From Candidatus Heimdallarchaeota archaeon (lineage in GTDB: Archaea > Asgardarchaeota > Heimdallarchaeia > Heimdallarchaeales > Heimdallarchaeaceae), in contig JAEOTE010000047.1 of assembly GCA_016839945.1 (NCBI GenBank), positions 1 to 15,752 of the forward strand: a DNA stretch of 15,752 nt, written 5' to 3'. Under the pieces are notes generated by a model. It was not told the origin of the DNA. It ran no database searches and saw nothing but the letters and a program-made list of their open reading frames with translations. A program made the translations under genes and the position numbers. Shown piece by piece: positions 15,097 to 15,752 of this stretch. How positions within the stretch are numbered: position 1 is the stretch's first letter; each line of letters starts with the position of its first letter.

Positions 15097-15752
15097 ATGA
15101 AAGAAGAAGTCGACTTGAATGTACTCCTTGATAATCTACCTTTTGGAGTATCTGTTCAGACAATAGATAGAAAAATCATTTATGAAAATGATAAAATGAA
15201 AGAATTAGTTGGGTCTTATCTAAACAGACAATGTTACAACCGTTGGCATTATCTAGAAAATAGAGGAAAAGAACCTTGTCCCGACTGTCCAGCTGCAGTT
15301 GGTTTTAAAGATTCAGAATTTCATAAAATTTTCAGAAAAACTGTCAGCGAAGGTGGAGAAGATATTTATGTTGAGATACAATTTGTTCCAATTCCAAATG
15401 AAGAAGGTGAATTGGAAAAATATATCGAAATAATATCAGAAGTTGATCTTGAAGATAAAGCGAGAGTTTTGTCACAACAACCTCTGGATTTAGTTTTGAA
15501 TCAAGTCCAAGTTTCTATCATTCAGTTTGGAGATTTAGGAGGGGAGATAATTACAACAGATAATCTCAATTTTGTTAAAGAAGACGAGCTTGAGGATTTT
15601 CTAGTTAAAGTTACTGTCTATATCTTTAGTGGATTAATTCAAGGTTTTGATGACCAAGAAGGTCTTTTTGGTCCTTTACCAGTTCTAGATAAGACTAATT
15701 ATGAGATGCTTGCACATGTGTTCAAAATAGAGAATAAAAATGCTACTGATCC
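15097..15752 (+). CDS. PAS-domain protein with a C-terminal uDENN/longin-like domain (3'-truncated by the window; not in the ORF track)
   Basis: My translation, open to the window end: MKEEVDLNVLLDNLPFGVSVQTIDRKIIYENDKMKELVGSYLNRQCYNRWHYLENRGKEPCPDCP...YVEIQFVPIPNEEGELEKYIEIISEV (PAS pattern), then VQVSIIQFGDLGGEII...YIFSGLIQG...GLFGPLPV...MLAHVFKIENKNATD. Confidence 0.8.
   Translation, partial: MKEEVDLNVLLDNLPFGVSVQTIDRKIIYENDKMKELVGSYLNRQCYNRWHYLENRGKEPCPDCPAAVGFKDSEFHKIFRKTVSEGGEDIYVEIQFVPIPNEEGELEKYIEIISEVDLEDKARVLSQQPLDLVLNQVQVSIIQFGDLGGEIITTDNLNFVKEDELEDFLVKVTVYIFSGLIQGFDDQEGLFGPLPVLDKTNYEMLAHVFKIENKNATD

Noticed and set aside
1-15752. tRNA, rRNA, CRISPR array or structured ncRNA
   Set aside because: All intergenic gaps are 180 bp or shorter and very AT-rich, with no cloverleaf, GC-rich stem or regularly spaced repeats visible. 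A covariance-model scan was not possible.

Overview
AT-rich (roughly 30% GC by eye), gene-dense chromosomal window. It looks archaeal: several genes have TATA-like boxes about 22-32 nt upstream of the ATG (leaderless layout) and oligo-T terminator tracts, and the extracellular loops carry many N-glycosylation sequons. A uDENN/longin-like domain and a divergent PlsY suggest an Asgard archaeon (inference). In order, the window holds: the C-terminal part of an MMPL/RND transporter; a minus-strand operon of 2-oxoacid:ferredoxin oxidoreductase alpha and beta subunits plus a DASS/SLC13 carboxylate transporter with an unusual inserted ectodomain; an AEC-family permease; a 644-aa orphan; a DinB/ClbS-like protein; a class I/II aminotransferase; a PlsY homologue with altered catalytic motifs; a stand-alone short serine recombinase; an SDR of the NOL/NYC1-like type; and a GT-C (GT87/PIG-M-like) glycosyltransferase. 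The last gene, absent from the ORF track and running off the window end, encodes a Cys-rich PAS domain fused to a probable uDENN/longin-like domain, and its promoter carries two TTCTT-N2-AAGAA palindromes. I saw no tRNA, rRNA, CRISPR array or delimited mobile element.
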